From assembly GCA_032085455.1 (NCBI GenBank), contig DAMDKS010000012.1, positions 31,869 through 95,868 on the forward strand: a stretch of 64,000 nt of DNA. The letters are read 5' to 3'. How positions within the stretch are numbered: the stretch's first letter is position 1; each line of letters opens with the position of its first letter. Shown here piece by piece: positions 38,033 to 48,318 of this stretch. The notes below the pieces were generated by a model, which was given only the letters and a program-made list of their open reading frames with translations, was not told where the DNA came from and ran no database searches. The position numbers were made by a program, and so were the translations under genes. The DNA is from Oceanobacillus sp. GTDB taxonomy: Bacteria; Bacillota; Bacilli; Bacillales; Amphibacillaceae.

Positions 38033-39079
38033 TTAAATTTGTGAACGAATGATGTTATGCAGTCTTGGTCTTAACCTTAAAATATGTGGGTGTCGTCCGA
38101 AATGTACTCGATTTGTTAAGAGAATGACATGCAGGTTAATGGTTGGATCAAACCAAATACTTGTACCTGTAAATCCTGTATGACCATAAGATTTATCAGA
38201 GAATAAATCACCACAGGAAGATAATGCTGGACTATTTAGAACCCAGCCTAGCCCCCTATATTCTTGGTCAAAAGGCGTATAATTTTTTTTAGATAACTCG
38301 ATGACCGCTTCTGAAAGAATTCTTTTTCCTTTATATATCCCGTTACTTTCAATCATACTTGCATAGTTTTTTAAATCTTGAATGGTTGAAAATAGACCAG
38401 CATGACCACTAATGCCGCCCATTGACTCCGTATTCTCATCATGAACAATACCTAGTTTATGTGCATTTATTTTCTTATCAAATTCTGTCGCAGCATAGCG
38501 TTCATTTGAAAAGTCCGGTTTGAATCCTGTTTCGGACATTTCGAGTGGACGGAAAAACGTCCTGTTGAGAAAGTCTGCATAATTTTCTTTCGTGACCGTT
38601 TCGATAACTTTATAGAGTATAATTAATCCTAGATCGCAGTAAATGACTTTACTCCCTGTCTTATACGCCAACTTTTGTTGATAAATACTTTTTAATATCT
38701 CTTCTGTTGACAGGTTATCTTTGTAAAACTGTATATGTGCGGGAAGACCAGATGTGTGTGTCAACAAATGGCGTAGTGTGACATGTTCTTTTCCGTTTTG
38801 CGAGAAGTCTGGCAGGAAATATGCGACAGTGTCATCTAAGCGTATTTCTCCTTCCTCTAAAAGCTTTAATATGGATGGAAGTGTAGCTGCAACTTTGGTT
38901 AAAGAAGCCAAGTCAAATACGGTGTCTAGCTTCATTGGCATTTTTTCAGGGAATACAGTGCGACTTCCAATGGCTTCCTCCAATATTATTTCGCCTTGAT
39001 AAGAGACACTTAATACGGCTCCGGGAATATGTTCCAAATCAATTTCCTTTTGGAGAAAGCTTCGAACTTTATCTTTCAT
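38033..39079 (-). CDS. Beta-lactamase-fold serine hydrolase, AmiE (MurNAc-L-Ala amidase)-like, cytoplasmic
   Basis: SxxK (ASLTK) and HTG (GHTGFTGTS) motifs with no signal peptide. The start MKDK overlaps the upstream stop (ATGA). It is the same family as B. subtilis AmiE/YbbE. Confidence 0.7.
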   Translation of the reverse strand: MKDKVRSFLQKEIDLEHIPGAVLSVSYQGEIILEEAIGSRTVFPEKMPMKLDTVFDLASLTKVAATLPSILKLLEEGEIRLDDTVAYFLPDFSQNGKEHVTLRHLLTHTSGLPAHIQFYKDNLSTEEILKSIYQQKLAYKTGSKVIYCDLGLIILYKVIETVTKENYADFLNRTFFRPLEMSETGFKPDFSNERYAATEFDKKINAHKLGIVHDENTESMGGISGHAGLFSTIQDLKNYASMIESNGIYKGKRILSEAVIELSKKNYTPFDQEYRGLGWVLNSPALSSCGDLFSDKSYGHTGFTGTSIWFDPTINLHVILLTNRVHFGRHPHILRLRPRLHNIIRSQI

Positions 39080-40035
39080 TTCACAGTTTCCTTTCGTAAT
39101 GAAATGTAACTCTTCCAAACGTCAAAGCCTAATTTTTTATAAAAATCAACGAGTCCCGTCCAATCGATAACAATGGAATGGATGTTTCTTTCCCTTAGAA
39201 AGTAGATTCCTGCTTCCACAATTGCTAAACCATAACCATTTCCACGCTCTTTTGGGTCAACTCCTAAAGGTCCCAGTCCTCCTAATTCCTCTTTAAATAG
39301 TGGTGCCCAATAAACATTCTGTGCTATGAAGGGAGAATTGGCATCATTTATTCTGCAAAAACCAATGATTTGCTCATTTTTTTTGATAACGGCAAATTCT
39401 CGTCCTGTTCCGCCTTTTTCAAAATAATGAATTGCTTCATATTCCCATCTTCCAGGAAAGCAACGGTGTAAAAATGCGATTAAATCATCCTTTTCACTTT
39501 CTTTTAATATTGAAAAGGTGACATTTTCATAAAGTGGAAGAGGCGACTTCGTTGAAGGAACATAATGATGAATAAGATCAAATTCTTTGCTGAATGATTT
39601 ATAACCTCTTTTTTCAAACCACTTAGCTGTGTTTCCGGATTGTGTTGGGATGCCAGGAAAATAATGCCATGGATCTCGGCCTAGTAGAATATTTTCTATC
39701 CCACTAGTTTTAAATTTTGTTTCAGCATGATGTAATAGTCTTGAGCCAATTCCTTGATTACGATAGCGATGATCAACTAATAATACCTGGATCCAGCCTG
39801 TATCTTTAGCCATATCTATATCTAAATTTTCCTGCCAGCGCTTAACTGCAATAAAGCCAATTACATTATCATCTTCATCAACAACGATTTGCGCCCCTTC
39901 ATCATAAACATTTTCATCATAAAAGCTATTTTGTTTGAATAATTCTTTTCGCATCGGAAAGTCATTTGCTAATTCTTGATTCCAAAGGGTTACAATCTCT
40001 GGTAATCTACTACTATTCCAGTGGATATATTTCAT
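39076..40035 (-). CDS. Tandem-domain GNAT-family N-acetyltransferase
   Basis: Two acetyl-CoA-binding segments are present: RYRNQGIGSRLL and KERGNGYGLAIV. An RBS (GAGGGGGAA) precedes MKYIHW. Confidence 0.75.
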   Translation of the reverse strand: MKYIHWNSSRLPEIVTLWNQELANDFPMRKELFKQNSFYDENVYDEGAQIVVDEDDNVIGFIAVKRWQENLDIDMAKDTGWIQVLLVDHRYRNQGIGSRLLHHAETKFKTSGIENILLGRDPWHYFPGIPTQSGNTAKWFEKRGYKSFSKEFDLIHHYVPSTKSPLPLYENVTFSILKESEKDDLIAFLHRCFPGRWEYEAIHYFEKGGTGREFAVIKKNEQIIGFCRINDANSPFIAQNVYWAPLFKEELGGLGPLGVDPKERGNGYGLAIVEAGIYFLRERNIHSIVIDWTGLVDFYKKLGFDVWKSYISLRKETVK

Positions 40036-40036
40036 A

Positions 40037-41008
40037 TTAATATTCCCCCTCACTTACCTCAAAGTACTGTAAAAAGTTATTAGAGATTTCCATGTTTTCT
40101 TCCTTAAATGCTGCAATAACAGCGCCGCCGACAGGTTTTATTTTCGGTATAGAAAGCTTAGCCTCCATATCCTGATTTCTTAACATTTCTTCAATTGTTC
40201 CGATAAATAAATCAGCACGATTAAATAATCCACCAGTAAGTACAACAGGAATAGCATCATTTTCTGTGAACATTCGTTTCATTAAACAAGAAATAGATTC
40301 CCCCATATACTGTGCGTGTTCTTTAATAATATTTCTAGCAACATGATCACCTTGGTCTGCAGCATTTACAACAATTTTACTTAATGATGCAATCCATTCC
40401 TTTGTGTTTTCCGTGTGATAAACTGCAGGAATTATGTCTGGAAGGGATTGCATTTGTAAATGTTCTAGTATCAAGTCATTTAATGCAGTTGCCTCTCCCA
40501 GTCCATCATGGGCAATGAATGCTGCTTTTAAGCCATCGCTTCCCAGCGCATAACCACTTCCTTTTTCGCCTAGCAAATACCCCCATCCGCCAGCACGATC
40601 GAACGTACCTTTTTTATTGATTCCATAAGTTATCGATCCAGTTCCGGCAATTTGAACAATACCTGGCTTTCCCAATGTACCTGAATAAAGTGCTGTAATT
40701 GCATCATTATGAATGGTTATACTCGTATGGGGCAGTAGAGATAGAATGATATCATTTAGTTTGCTTCGTACAGATAGATGGTCTCCTCCTGACATTCCAG
40801 CAAAAACATGTTTAATTTGTAAAAATACTTTTTCATTTTGACTGTGTAAGTCATTAAATAATTTTGTGAGTTCTTTTTCAATAGTAATGAGGTTAACACT
40901 ATTTGGATTTGAAGGACCTACTGTTGCTTTAGCAGCAACTTTACCATTTATGTCAGCAATTACTCCTGCAGTTTTTGTTCCACCGCCATCTATTCCAAGT
41001 ACATACAC
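40037..41008 (-). CDS. BadF/BadG/BcrA/BcrD-type ATPase, N-acetyl-amino-sugar kinase-like (MurK/GlcNAc kinase candidate)
   Basis: N-terminal LGIDGGGTKT and an ASKHA fold. Confidence 0.75.
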   Translation of the reverse strand: MYVLGIDGGGTKTAGVIADINGKVAAKATVGPSNPNSVNLITIEKELTKLFNDLHSQNEKVFLQIKHVFAGMSGGDHLSVRSKLNDIILSLLPHTSITIHNDAITALYSGTLGKPGIVQIAGTGSITYGINKKGTFDRAGGWGYLLGEKGSGYALGSDGLKAAFIAHDGLGEATALNDLILEHLQMQSLPDIIPAVYHTENTKEWIASLSKIVVNAADQGDHVARNIIKEHAQYMGESISCLMKRMFTENDAIPVVLTGGLFNRADLFIGTIEEMLRNQDMEAKLSIPKIKPVGGAVIAAFKEENMEISNNFLQYFEVSEGEY

Positions 41009-41079
41009 GCTGATTATCCCCCTTCTCTTAGGAAATAGTTGATAAAAGAAGCCAACTCAATGTGAGTCAGCTTTTGTTC

Positions 41080-41230
41080 GATTTATCCCGAATTAACTAG
41101 AAGTAAGACCCCTATTTCAAGAATTTGAGGGGAAAACGAGAATTGTAAGTAAGGGACTTGCCAGTAAATCCCCGATTGGTTCAACTAACATTCAGGGGAT
41201 GAAAAAAACCCCCACTGAATAAAGTTCACT
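41080..41230 (+). repeat. Intergenic hairpin repeat, copy B (long composite form)
   Basis: It is the same as copy C plus a 61-nt internal module (41099-41159) containing GAAAACGAGAATTGTAA. It ends at the murR stop codon. Confidence 0.8.
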
Positions 41231-42079
41231 TTATTTAGTATTCCTTTTCCCATTCTTTGTAAGGAAATCTACAGCTTCTCTTGTAGCATTTAAATGTTTA
41301 ACCGTTGCATCATACTGTAAAGATGCAACTCCCATAAATACGATATCAATTACTTGTAATTGAGCAATCCGCGATGAGGTGGCACCACTTCTGAAAGTAG
41401 GTTCTCTTGTCGCAGAAGTATATAGCTTAATATTTGCTTGCTCCGGTACAATAGAGTTCCCATATTTTGACAAGCTAATCGTTTGTGCTTTTTTTTGATT
41501 GGCTAATTTAAGAACCTTTGCAACTTCTGCTGTTTCACCAGAAAAGGAAATTCCAATTACGACATCATCCTCAGAAGCGTTTGCAACTTGTGTTGCCGCC
41601 ATATGCATATCAGTAAAGGCGAAAGCATTTTTACCAATTCTCAGGAACTTTTGCTGGGCATCTTGAGCAATGATACTGGATGCACCTACACCGATAAAGT
41701 GAATTCTTCTTGCCTTTCTTAAAACATTCACTGCTTTTTCCAATTCTTCTATATTTAATATTTCCGATGTCTCGCGGATGGTGTAAATGCTATTATTCAT
41801 CATTTTTTCGATAATAGATATCAGAGGCTCATTTGCCTTAATATCATGGAAGCCCTGCTTATTCTCTTTTTGGAGGTCTCCGGCAATCCGCAATTTTAAA
41901 TCCTGAAAACCATTTAAATTCAACGACTTGCATAACCGTATGACAGCTGCACTGCTTGTTAAACTTCGCTTACCTAATTCGCTGGCAGTAAGTGAAATAG
42001 CTTCCTGAGGATGAGCAATAATATAAGAAGCAATCTTTTTTTCGGAAGGTGGAAGCAATGGTAGCATTTCATTTAGCAT
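41231..42079 (-). CDS. murR: MurR/RpiR-family transcriptional regulator (HTH + SIS)
   Basis: It has an N-terminal HTH_6-type segment (SEKKIASYII...SELGKRSLTSSAAVIRLCKSL) and a C-terminal SIS domain. It is adjacent to murQ. Confidence 0.85.
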   Translation of the reverse strand: MLNEMLPLLPPSEKKIASYIIAHPQEAISLTASELGKRSLTSSAAVIRLCKSLNLNGFQDLKLRIAGDLQKENKQGFHDIKANEPLISIIEKMMNNSIYTIRETSEILNIEELEKAVNVLRKARRIHFIGVGASSIIAQDAQQKFLRIGKNAFAFTDMHMAATQVANASEDDVVIGISFSGETAEVAKVLKLANQKKAQTISLSKYGNSIVPEQANIKLYTSATREPTFRSGATSSRIAQLQVIDIVFMGVASLQYDATVKHLNATREAVDFLTKNGKRNTK

Positions 42080-42205
42080 TACAATTCCGCCTGTTGTTGA
42101 TACCACATGATCAACTCTTTTCTATTAGTTTATTTATTGATATGGGATGTTCAAAAAGTCTGGTGAAAATGACACTTCGAACTTCCCGTTTTTGAATACA
42201 CTTTA

Positions 42206-43120
42206 CTATCTTCTTTTTGCAGTAGATAGTTCAATTGCTTTGCGAACAAAACCATCTGCTTCTTTGATATATTTTTTTGCATTTTCAAATGATGTATCTG
42301 CTTTAATCATAACAATTGCTGGTTTCACTTCAAAATTCGTTGTTTCTAAAACTTCTTGTGCCTTTTGGTACGATACATTAGTTATCGTCGAAACGATATT
42401 CTTTGCCCGTTCCGCCAGTTTTTTATTGCTTACTTTTAAATCTACCATCAAATTTTCATATACTTTTCCAATTTTAATCATTGATGTTGTTGTAATCATA
42501 TTTAATATTAATTTATGCGCAGTGGCAGCTTTCATTCTGGTTGAACCAGTAATTACTTCGGGACCGGTAATTACTTCTATTTTTGTATCAGCATATTGGC
42601 TGATAGCAGCACCCTTATTACTGGATAAACTAATCGTACTAGCTCCAGCTTCTTTTGCATACTTTAAAGCACCAATAACATATGGTGTTCTGCCGCTTGC
42701 TGCTATTCCAATTACAACATCTAAATTCGTTAGATTTCGCTCTTGCAAATCTTGAGCACCTAATCTTTCATCATCTTCTACACCTTCTGCAGCTTTTTCA
42801 AAAGCCTGAACACCACCAGCCATCACTGCCTGCACTAAGTCTGGTGGTGTACTATATGTAGGAGGACATTCTACAGCATCCAAAATTCCAATTCGTCCAC
42901 TTGTACCTGCACCTACATAGAAAAGCTTGCCGCCTCTTTTTAATGAATGATAGACAATCTCGACTGTTTCATTTATTTGGGGTAACACTTCTTGTACACA
43001 CTTTGCCACAGTCATATCTTCATTATTTATTGTTGTTAGAATCTCCAATGTCGACATATTATCAATATTGGTCGATGTTTCGTTTCTCTTTTCTGTTGTT
43101 AAAGTTGTGAATTTGTTCAT
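42206..43120 (-). CDS. murQ: N-acetylmuramic acid 6-phosphate etherase
   Basis: SIS-domain protein with [22 protein letters not shown] and [10 protein letters not shown] segments typical of MurQ. Confidence 0.9.
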   Translation of the reverse strand: MNKFTTLTTEKRNETSTNIDNMSTLEILTTINNEDMTVAKCVQEVLPQINETVEIVYHSLKRGGKLFYVGAGTSGRIGILDAVECPPTYSTPPDLVQAVMAGGVQAFEKAAEGVEDDERLGAQDLQERNLTNLDVVIGIAASGRTPYVIGALKYAKEAGASTISLSSNKGAAISQYADTKIEVITGPEVITGSTRMKAATAHKLILNMITTTSMIKIGKVYENLMVDLKVSNKKLAERAKNIVSTITNVSYQKAQEVLETTNFEVKPAIVMIKADTSFENAKKYIKEADGFVRKAIELSTAKRR

Positions 43121-43224
43121 TTTTACCATCCTATTTGTACAAGTGATATGTTTCTTTATTTGATTCGTACCTCTACGCTTAAATAATTTCTCACCAAAAA
43201 TGAATTTTCACATTCAAAATTGTA

Positions 43225-44376
43225 TTAGTAGAGTAAATAATCCTTCCGCAATTTTTTAAATTTGCTTATGGCTTCTGGTACTTGTTTAAAGAATTCAACG
43301 GTATTCCTACTCGTGATATATTCCCTTAACTGATTTGTACCTGCCAGTAAATCAAGAAAATAATGCTTATTAAATTCTTCATTTCTTATAAATTTTATTT
43401 TATTTGGATAAAGTTTATACATAGCATCTAATAAAAAAATACCTATTTCAAAAGCATTCATCTTCGAGCGATCCGCAATATGGAGTTGAATACCTTCACA
43501 AACATTTCCTGCATGTTTTTGGTACATTGGTCTAAATACAGTTGGTCTAAATAAAACACCATCTAAATGGCAGGTTTTCAGTTCTTCTGCAAGCTTTTTC
43601 CCATTAATAAAAGGAGCACCTATAACTTCGAATGGTTTCGTTGTCCCTCGTCCTTCTGAAATATTTGTCCCTTCTATTAAACATGTTCCGGGATATAATA
43701 AACACATATCCAATGTTGTCGTATTCGGTGTAGGTGAAACCCAGTATAGATCCGTTTGGTCAAAATACATATTCCTTGACCAGTCTTCCATTTTTATTAC
43801 TTCTACATCACATTCGATGTTAAATTCATATTTAAACAAAATTGCTAGTTCACCAATCGTCAAACCGTGCCTAACCGGAATAGGGAACTGACCAACAAAT
43901 GATTGAAAGGCAGGGTCAACTAAATTGCCCTCTAGATCATTGCCATTTATAGGGTTTGGACGATCAAGAATAACTATTTTTTTATCTTGTTCCCCACATA
44001 TTTTCATCATATTTGCCATGGAGTAAATAAATGTATAGTAACGCACTCCAATATCTTGTAAATCACAGAATATCACGTCCGCATCTTTTAACATGGTTTT
44101 ATCAGGCTTCTTTTCCTGATTGTATAAACTGTAAATGGGTATTCCTGTAGCAGGGTCACTAGTGGAGTCGACCCACTCCCCCTCACAAACTTCTCCCCGT
44201 AATCCATGTTCCGGACCAAATAGTGTTGTTAAATTTATATCCTTATGTGCATGCATTAAGTCAATCGTTGATTCCAGGTGATGATTTACACCAGTCAAAT
44301 TTGTTAGTAGACCAATTCTTTCTCCTTTAAACTTTTCAGTATACTTTTCAAGAAATACTTCGATACCAAGCTTCAT
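43225..44376 (-). CDS. namZ: DUF1343 exo-beta-N-acetylmuramidase (NamZ/YbbC-like), cytoplasmic
   Basis: IGLLTNLTGVN..., LFGPEHGLRGE and DLQDIGVRYYT are typical of YbbC/NamZ. No signal peptide was seen. Confidence 0.8.
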   Translation of the reverse strand: MKLGIEVFLEKYTEKFKGERIGLLTNLTGVNHHLESTIDLMHAHKDINLTTLFGPEHGLRGEVCEGEWVDSTSDPATGIPIYSLYNQEKKPDKTMLKDADVIFCDLQDIGVRYYTFIYSMANMMKICGEQDKKIVILDRPNPINGNDLEGNLVDPAFQSFVGQFPIPVRHGLTIGELAILFKYEFNIECDVEVIKMEDWSRNMYFDQTDLYWVSPTPNTTTLDMCLLYPGTCLIEGTNISEGRGTTKPFEVIGAPFINGKKLAEELKTCHLDGVLFRPTVFRPMYQKHAGNVCEGIQLHIADRSKMNAFEIGIFLLDAMYKLYPNKIKFIRNEEFNKHYFLDLLAGTNQLREYITSRNTVEFFKQVPEAISKFKKLRKDYLLY

Positions 44377-44389
44377 ATTAAAGAACCTC

Positions 44390-45238
44390 CTACCCTTTAA
44401 TAGCACCTTTCATTGTACCCCCAATAAAGAATCTTTGGAGGGAAAAGAAAACAATTAGAATTGGTATCATTGATATAATTGCACCTGCAGCAATCAGACG
44501 CCAATCGGAAGTAAATGTGCCTGATAGCATATTTAATCCCAGTGGCAATGTATACATGCTCTGCTCATTTACAATAATTAGTGGCCAAAGAAAATCCCCC
44601 CATGCTGATACAAACGTAAATATTGTTAATGTCACAATTGATGGTTTTACAAGCGGCATTAATACTCGCAGCCAAATTTGAAAGCTGTTTGCACCATCTA
44701 TTCTCGCTGACTCATCCAATTCCATCGGAAGGGTAATAAAGGATTGCCGCATTAAAAACACACCAAATGCAGTTGTCACATGTGGTAATACCATACCTAA
44801 GTAGGTGTTTTGCAGTCCCAAATTCAGCGATAAAATATATACTGGAATCATTAATAACTGAAATGGTATCATCATTGTTGTGATGATTAACAGAAAAATT
44901 ATGTTTTTTCCTTTGAAATTCATTCTAGCTAATGGATATGCTGCCAATGAGCAGAATAAAACATTGAGTACAACTGTTAATACAGAGACAATAATACTAT
45001 TAAATAAATATCTCCAAAACGGGAAGACTTCCATCACTTTTGTAAAGTTTGTTAAAGTGGGCTCTTCTGGTATAAGTTTTGGAGGATATTGGAATATGTT
45101 TTCACTTCCAGATTTCAAAGCCGTGGATAAAAGCCATAAAAATGGTCCAATCATAAAGAGTGTGATTGCGATTAAGAGAGCATATAAAGCTATCTTTCTT
45201 ATTATCTTCCGGCCAACAGATCCAGTTTGCTTCTTCAT
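44390..45238 (-). CDS. Carbohydrate ABC transporter permease
   Basis: 282-aa polytopic protein. The EAA loop SARIDGANSFQIWLRVLMP is present. Confidence 0.88.
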   Translation of the reverse strand: MKKQTGSVGRKIIRKIALYALLIAITLFMIGPFLWLLSTALKSGSENIFQYPPKLIPEEPTLTNFTKVMEVFPFWRYLFNSIIVSVLTVVLNVLFCSLAAYPLARMNFKGKNIIFLLIITTMMIPFQLLMIPVYILSLNLGLQNTYLGMVLPHVTTAFGVFLMRQSFITLPMELDESARIDGANSFQIWLRVLMPLVKPSIVTLTIFTFVSAWGDFLWPLIIVNEQSMYTLPLGLNMLSGTFTSDWRLIAAGAIISMIPILIVFFSLQRFFIGGTMKGAIKG

Positions 45239-45249
45239 TCGTTACCCTC

Positions 45250-46116
45250 CTATACCGTTTTATCTTTATTCATTACTTTTAAGTTAATTAGTGAGAAAAT
45301 TAATGTTAACAGGAAAAGGATTACAGCTGCGGCACTTGCATATCCCATGTTAAGTCTGTCAAATGCTTGTGTGTATATATAGAAAACCAATGTTTCCGAG
45401 CTGTGAAGTGGACCTCCGCCTGTCATAATATAAATCTCTTCAAAAACCTTCATTGCCGCTATTGATGACATAATCGTAACAATCAAGACGAAAGGCATTA
45501 ACATGGGAATTGTTATTCTTGTTACTTGCTGCCACCAATTAGCACCATCGATCTGTGCCGCTTCGTATAAGCCAGAAGGTATGGACTGCAATCCAGCTAA
45601 ATAAATAATCATATAATAACCTAAGCCTTTCCATATTGTGACGATGATTACTGCAAATAACGCAGTATTAGTTGAAGTCAGCCATGGTATAGGCTCAGTA
45701 ATAATTCTCAATAAATCTAACATATAATTCAATAAACCGTTTTCTTTGTAGACCCAATCCCATGCGATACCAGCTACAACAAGCGATGTAACAACTGGAA
45801 TATAATAAATGGATCGAAAGAAGGCTATACCTCTTAATTGCTGGTTTACTAATACTGCTAAAAATATTGGAATAATTACAAGCGAGGGGACAGCAATTAT
45901 TAAATAGAGAAGTGTATTCTTAAGGGTTTTCCAAAATAATTCATCCTGAAACAGTTCTTTATAATTACTTACACCAACAAATTGCGGATCGCTTATCATA
46001 TTATAATCTGTAAAACTCATCCCTATCGCCTGAAGCATAGGATAAAATATGAATGCGCCTAGAATAATACATCCAGGTAGTAAAAATAAATATGGTGTTA
46101 GCTTATTTGTTCTCAA
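45250..46116 (-). CDS. Sugar ABC transporter permease
   Basis: 288-aa polytopic protein. The EAA loop AAQIDGANWWQQVTRITIP is present. Confidence 0.88.
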   Translation of the reverse strand: MRTNKLTPYLFLLPGCIILGAFIFYPMLQAIGMSFTDYNMISDPQFVGVSNYKELFQDELFWKTLKNTLLYLIIAVPSLVIIPIFLAVLVNQQLRGIAFFRSIYYIPVVTSLVVAGIAWDWVYKENGLLNYMLDLLRIITEPIPWLTSTNTALFAVIIVTIWKGLGYYMIIYLAGLQSIPSGLYEAAQIDGANWWQQVTRITIPMLMPFVLIVTIMSSIAAMKVFEEIYIMTGGGPLHSSETLVFYIYTQAFDRLNMGYASAAAVILFLLTLIFSLINLKVMNKDKTV

Positions 46117-46203
46117 TCATTCCACCCCATTCCCTTTGGAAACGTTATATTCAGTGAATCTATTTAATTGAAAAGAGGGATGGGTCTCCCTCTTTTCATC
46201 CAA

Positions 46204-47514
46204 TTATTTTGCTAAGATTTCGTTCCATTCTTGCTCTGCTTGATTAAGTGCCTCTTGAGCTGTCATTTCACCCAGCATTGCAGCAGATATTGCATCATAC
46301 ATTGCAGTTCTTAATTCATCATAGTTTTCCATTGGTGGTACTAATAATTCTGCTTCATCCAATTGTTCTGCTGATACGATGCGCACGAAGTCAATCGGTT
46401 CTGCGTCATCACCAGCATCTGTAAAATAAGGATCTTCCAGTGCCTTTGTAACAGAAGGTAATATTGGTGTTAACTTTGAGAATTCAAGTTGATTCTCAGC
46501 GTTTGTTAAAAACAATGCGAACTGAACTGCTGCTTTTTCATGTTCAGTTTGTGATGGTACAACGATGTTTTGAACAGACATTGTTTTCTTTCCGGTATCC
46601 CCGGCAATTGCTTTTGATGGTAAGGTATTCTCATAGATTTCTGGAGCATTTTCTTGTACTTGTGTAATAAATTGTGAACCATCAAAGAACGCAACCTGAC
46701 CAGCTTGATACATATCAATTGTAGCTCGTTGATCACCTGTTAGTGCTTCCCTAGGGATGAGTTCGTCCTCGAATAATTCTGTGAAATATTCAAAGGCATA
46801 TAAACCTTCTTCTGTATTAAATGCTGCCTTTGTCCCATCTTCATTCGTTAAATCTGCTCCCATTGAGACCATATGCTGCAATACTAAAGATAGGTCAAGA
46901 GAAGGAAAGTAACCATATTTGCCTGTTTCCTCTTTAATAATTTTTGCGAGCTCTTTAGCTTCTTCATATGTTTCAGGAGGATCTTCTGGATCTAGCCCTG
47001 CTTCCTCAAAAATCAGTTTGTTATTTAATGTAACAGTTGTAGATAGATACCAAGGAATCGCAAAAGTAATGTCATTGATTCTATTTGCTTCCCATGCTCC
47101 TTGAACGTATCCGTTTTTGACTTCTTCTGGTACAGCTTCTTCCATATTAATAAGTGCATCCAGTTGAGCCAGTTCAGAAGCAAACGTTGGATTAAGGTTT
47201 ACAACATCGGGTGCGGTATTGGAGCTAACAGCAGTTAAGATTTTTTGTGAAAGATCTGCTGCTGGGACATCCAGCCATTTAATTTTAATATTCTTATTTT
47301 CTTCTTCAAAATCTGCAATGATGCCATTAATATAATCTGTGAAAGTTGGTTGCAATTGCATTGTCCAAAATTCCAATTCAATTTCCTCATTTGAATCACC
47401 ACTATCATCAGAGTTGCCGTCTCCTTTTGAATTGGAATCTCCATTACTGCATGCAGTGATAAATACGATAACGAGAATTAACAACAAAGCAAGTAAACTA
47501 CTTTTTCTTTTCAT
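46204..47514 (-). CDS. ABC transporter extracellular solute-binding lipoprotein (family 1)
   Basis: 436 aa with lipobox ITAC followed by an acidic linker. It is the first gene of the minus-strand operon. Confidence 0.85.
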   Translation of the reverse strand: MKRKSSLLALLLILVIVFITACSNGDSNSKGDGNSDDSGDSNEEIELEFWTMQLQPTFTDYINGIIADFEEENKNIKIKWLDVPAADLSQKILTAVSSNTAPDVVNLNPTFASELAQLDALINMEEAVPEEVKNGYVQGAWEANRINDITFAIPWYLSTTVTLNNKLIFEEAGLDPEDPPETYEEAKELAKIIKEETGKYGYFPSLDLSLVLQHMVSMGADLTNEDGTKAAFNTEEGLYAFEYFTELFEDELIPREALTGDQRATIDMYQAGQVAFFDGSQFITQVQENAPEIYENTLPSKAIAGDTGKKTMSVQNIVVPSQTEHEKAAVQFALFLTNAENQLEFSKLTPILPSVTKALEDPYFTDAGDDAEPIDFVRIVSAEQLDEAELLVPPMENYDELRTAMYDAISAAMLGEMTAQEALNQAEQEWNEILAK

Positions 47515-47706
47515 CCTACTTCATCCCCTTTTAGATTATAAAATGATACGTAAAATGTGTTTCTTACATTCCTATGCTTGTATACAACACCTCCCCAAAA
47601 TATAATATTTGTTTAACTTTGATGCAGAGTTTATAAACTTATCTCTCTATCAAATATTAAACTAGCTGTTGCTTTTAGAGCAGGATATGTGTCTTGCTTT
47701 TATGTA

Positions 47707-47800
47707 TTTTATCCCGAATTAACTGCCAGTAAATACTCGATTGGTTCAACTAACATTCAGTAGGGGATGAAAAGAAAAACCATACTGAACGCAGTTACAC
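47707..47800 (+). repeat. Intergenic hairpin repeat, copy C (intermediate form)
   Basis: TTTATCCCGAATTAACTGCCAGTAAATACTCGATTGGTTCAACTAACATTCAGTAGGGGATGAAAAGAAAAACCATACTGAACGCAGTTACAC. Confidence 0.8.
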
Positions 47801-47998
47801 ATTATAGTTAAAAGCGATATAACGCGATTCAAACAAAATGATAACCCTTTCAAGTAACAATATAGCACAGATAATTAAAAGATGAAATATAATATCAATT
47901 TTATATTAAAAAATATGTAACCATATTTCATAATTTGTACTTATTTAAAATCTGCTAATGGTATTTTCTATTGCGATTAGAACTATAAAATATCCGCC

Positions 47999-48029
47999 CA
48001 AAAAGAAAACATTGCATAAAAGCAATGTT
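47999..48029 (-). terminator. Rho-independent terminator of the zinc-ribbon gene
   Basis: Minus strand: AACATTGC-TTTTAT-GCAATGTT followed by TTTCTTTTT. Confidence 0.6.
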
Positions 48030-48066
48030 GGAAAGATCAATATCGTCTTATTTAATTGAGACGATG

Positions 48067-48318
48067 TTAGTTATTTGTATTGTAATTAGCAAATTGAATG
48101 AAGGTATTTTCATCTTCAATTAATCCGCATGTACCGCATTGGATTCTGTATTTTGGTCCATTGTACAGGTTGTGATAGACTTCCACGGGTTCGTTTGTAT
48201 AGTCTTTCAATACTTCACCTGATTCCGCGTCAAGCATTACTGGTTTTGCTGTTTGCTCGATTATATTAAAACGTGAACGATTTGTTTTGCAATTCGGGCA
48301 CCGATATGGGTGACTCAT
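48067..48318 (-). CDS. Small zinc-ribbon protein (CxxC...CxxC), function unknown
   Basis: 83 aa from [12 protein letters not shown]... to ...[17 protein letters not shown] lies 10 nt upstream. Confidence 0.7.
   Translation of the reverse strand: MSHPYRCPNCKTNRSRFNIIEQTAKPVMLDAESGEVLKDYTNEPVEVYHNLYNGPKYRIQCGTCGLIEDENTFIQFANYNTNN

Noticed and set aside
42147-42755. 202-aa plus-strand ORF
   Set aside because: It is fully antisense to murQ, which has a strong family match on the minus strand. Its composition is hydrophobic and low-complexity, typical of a shadow ORF, and it has no RBS.
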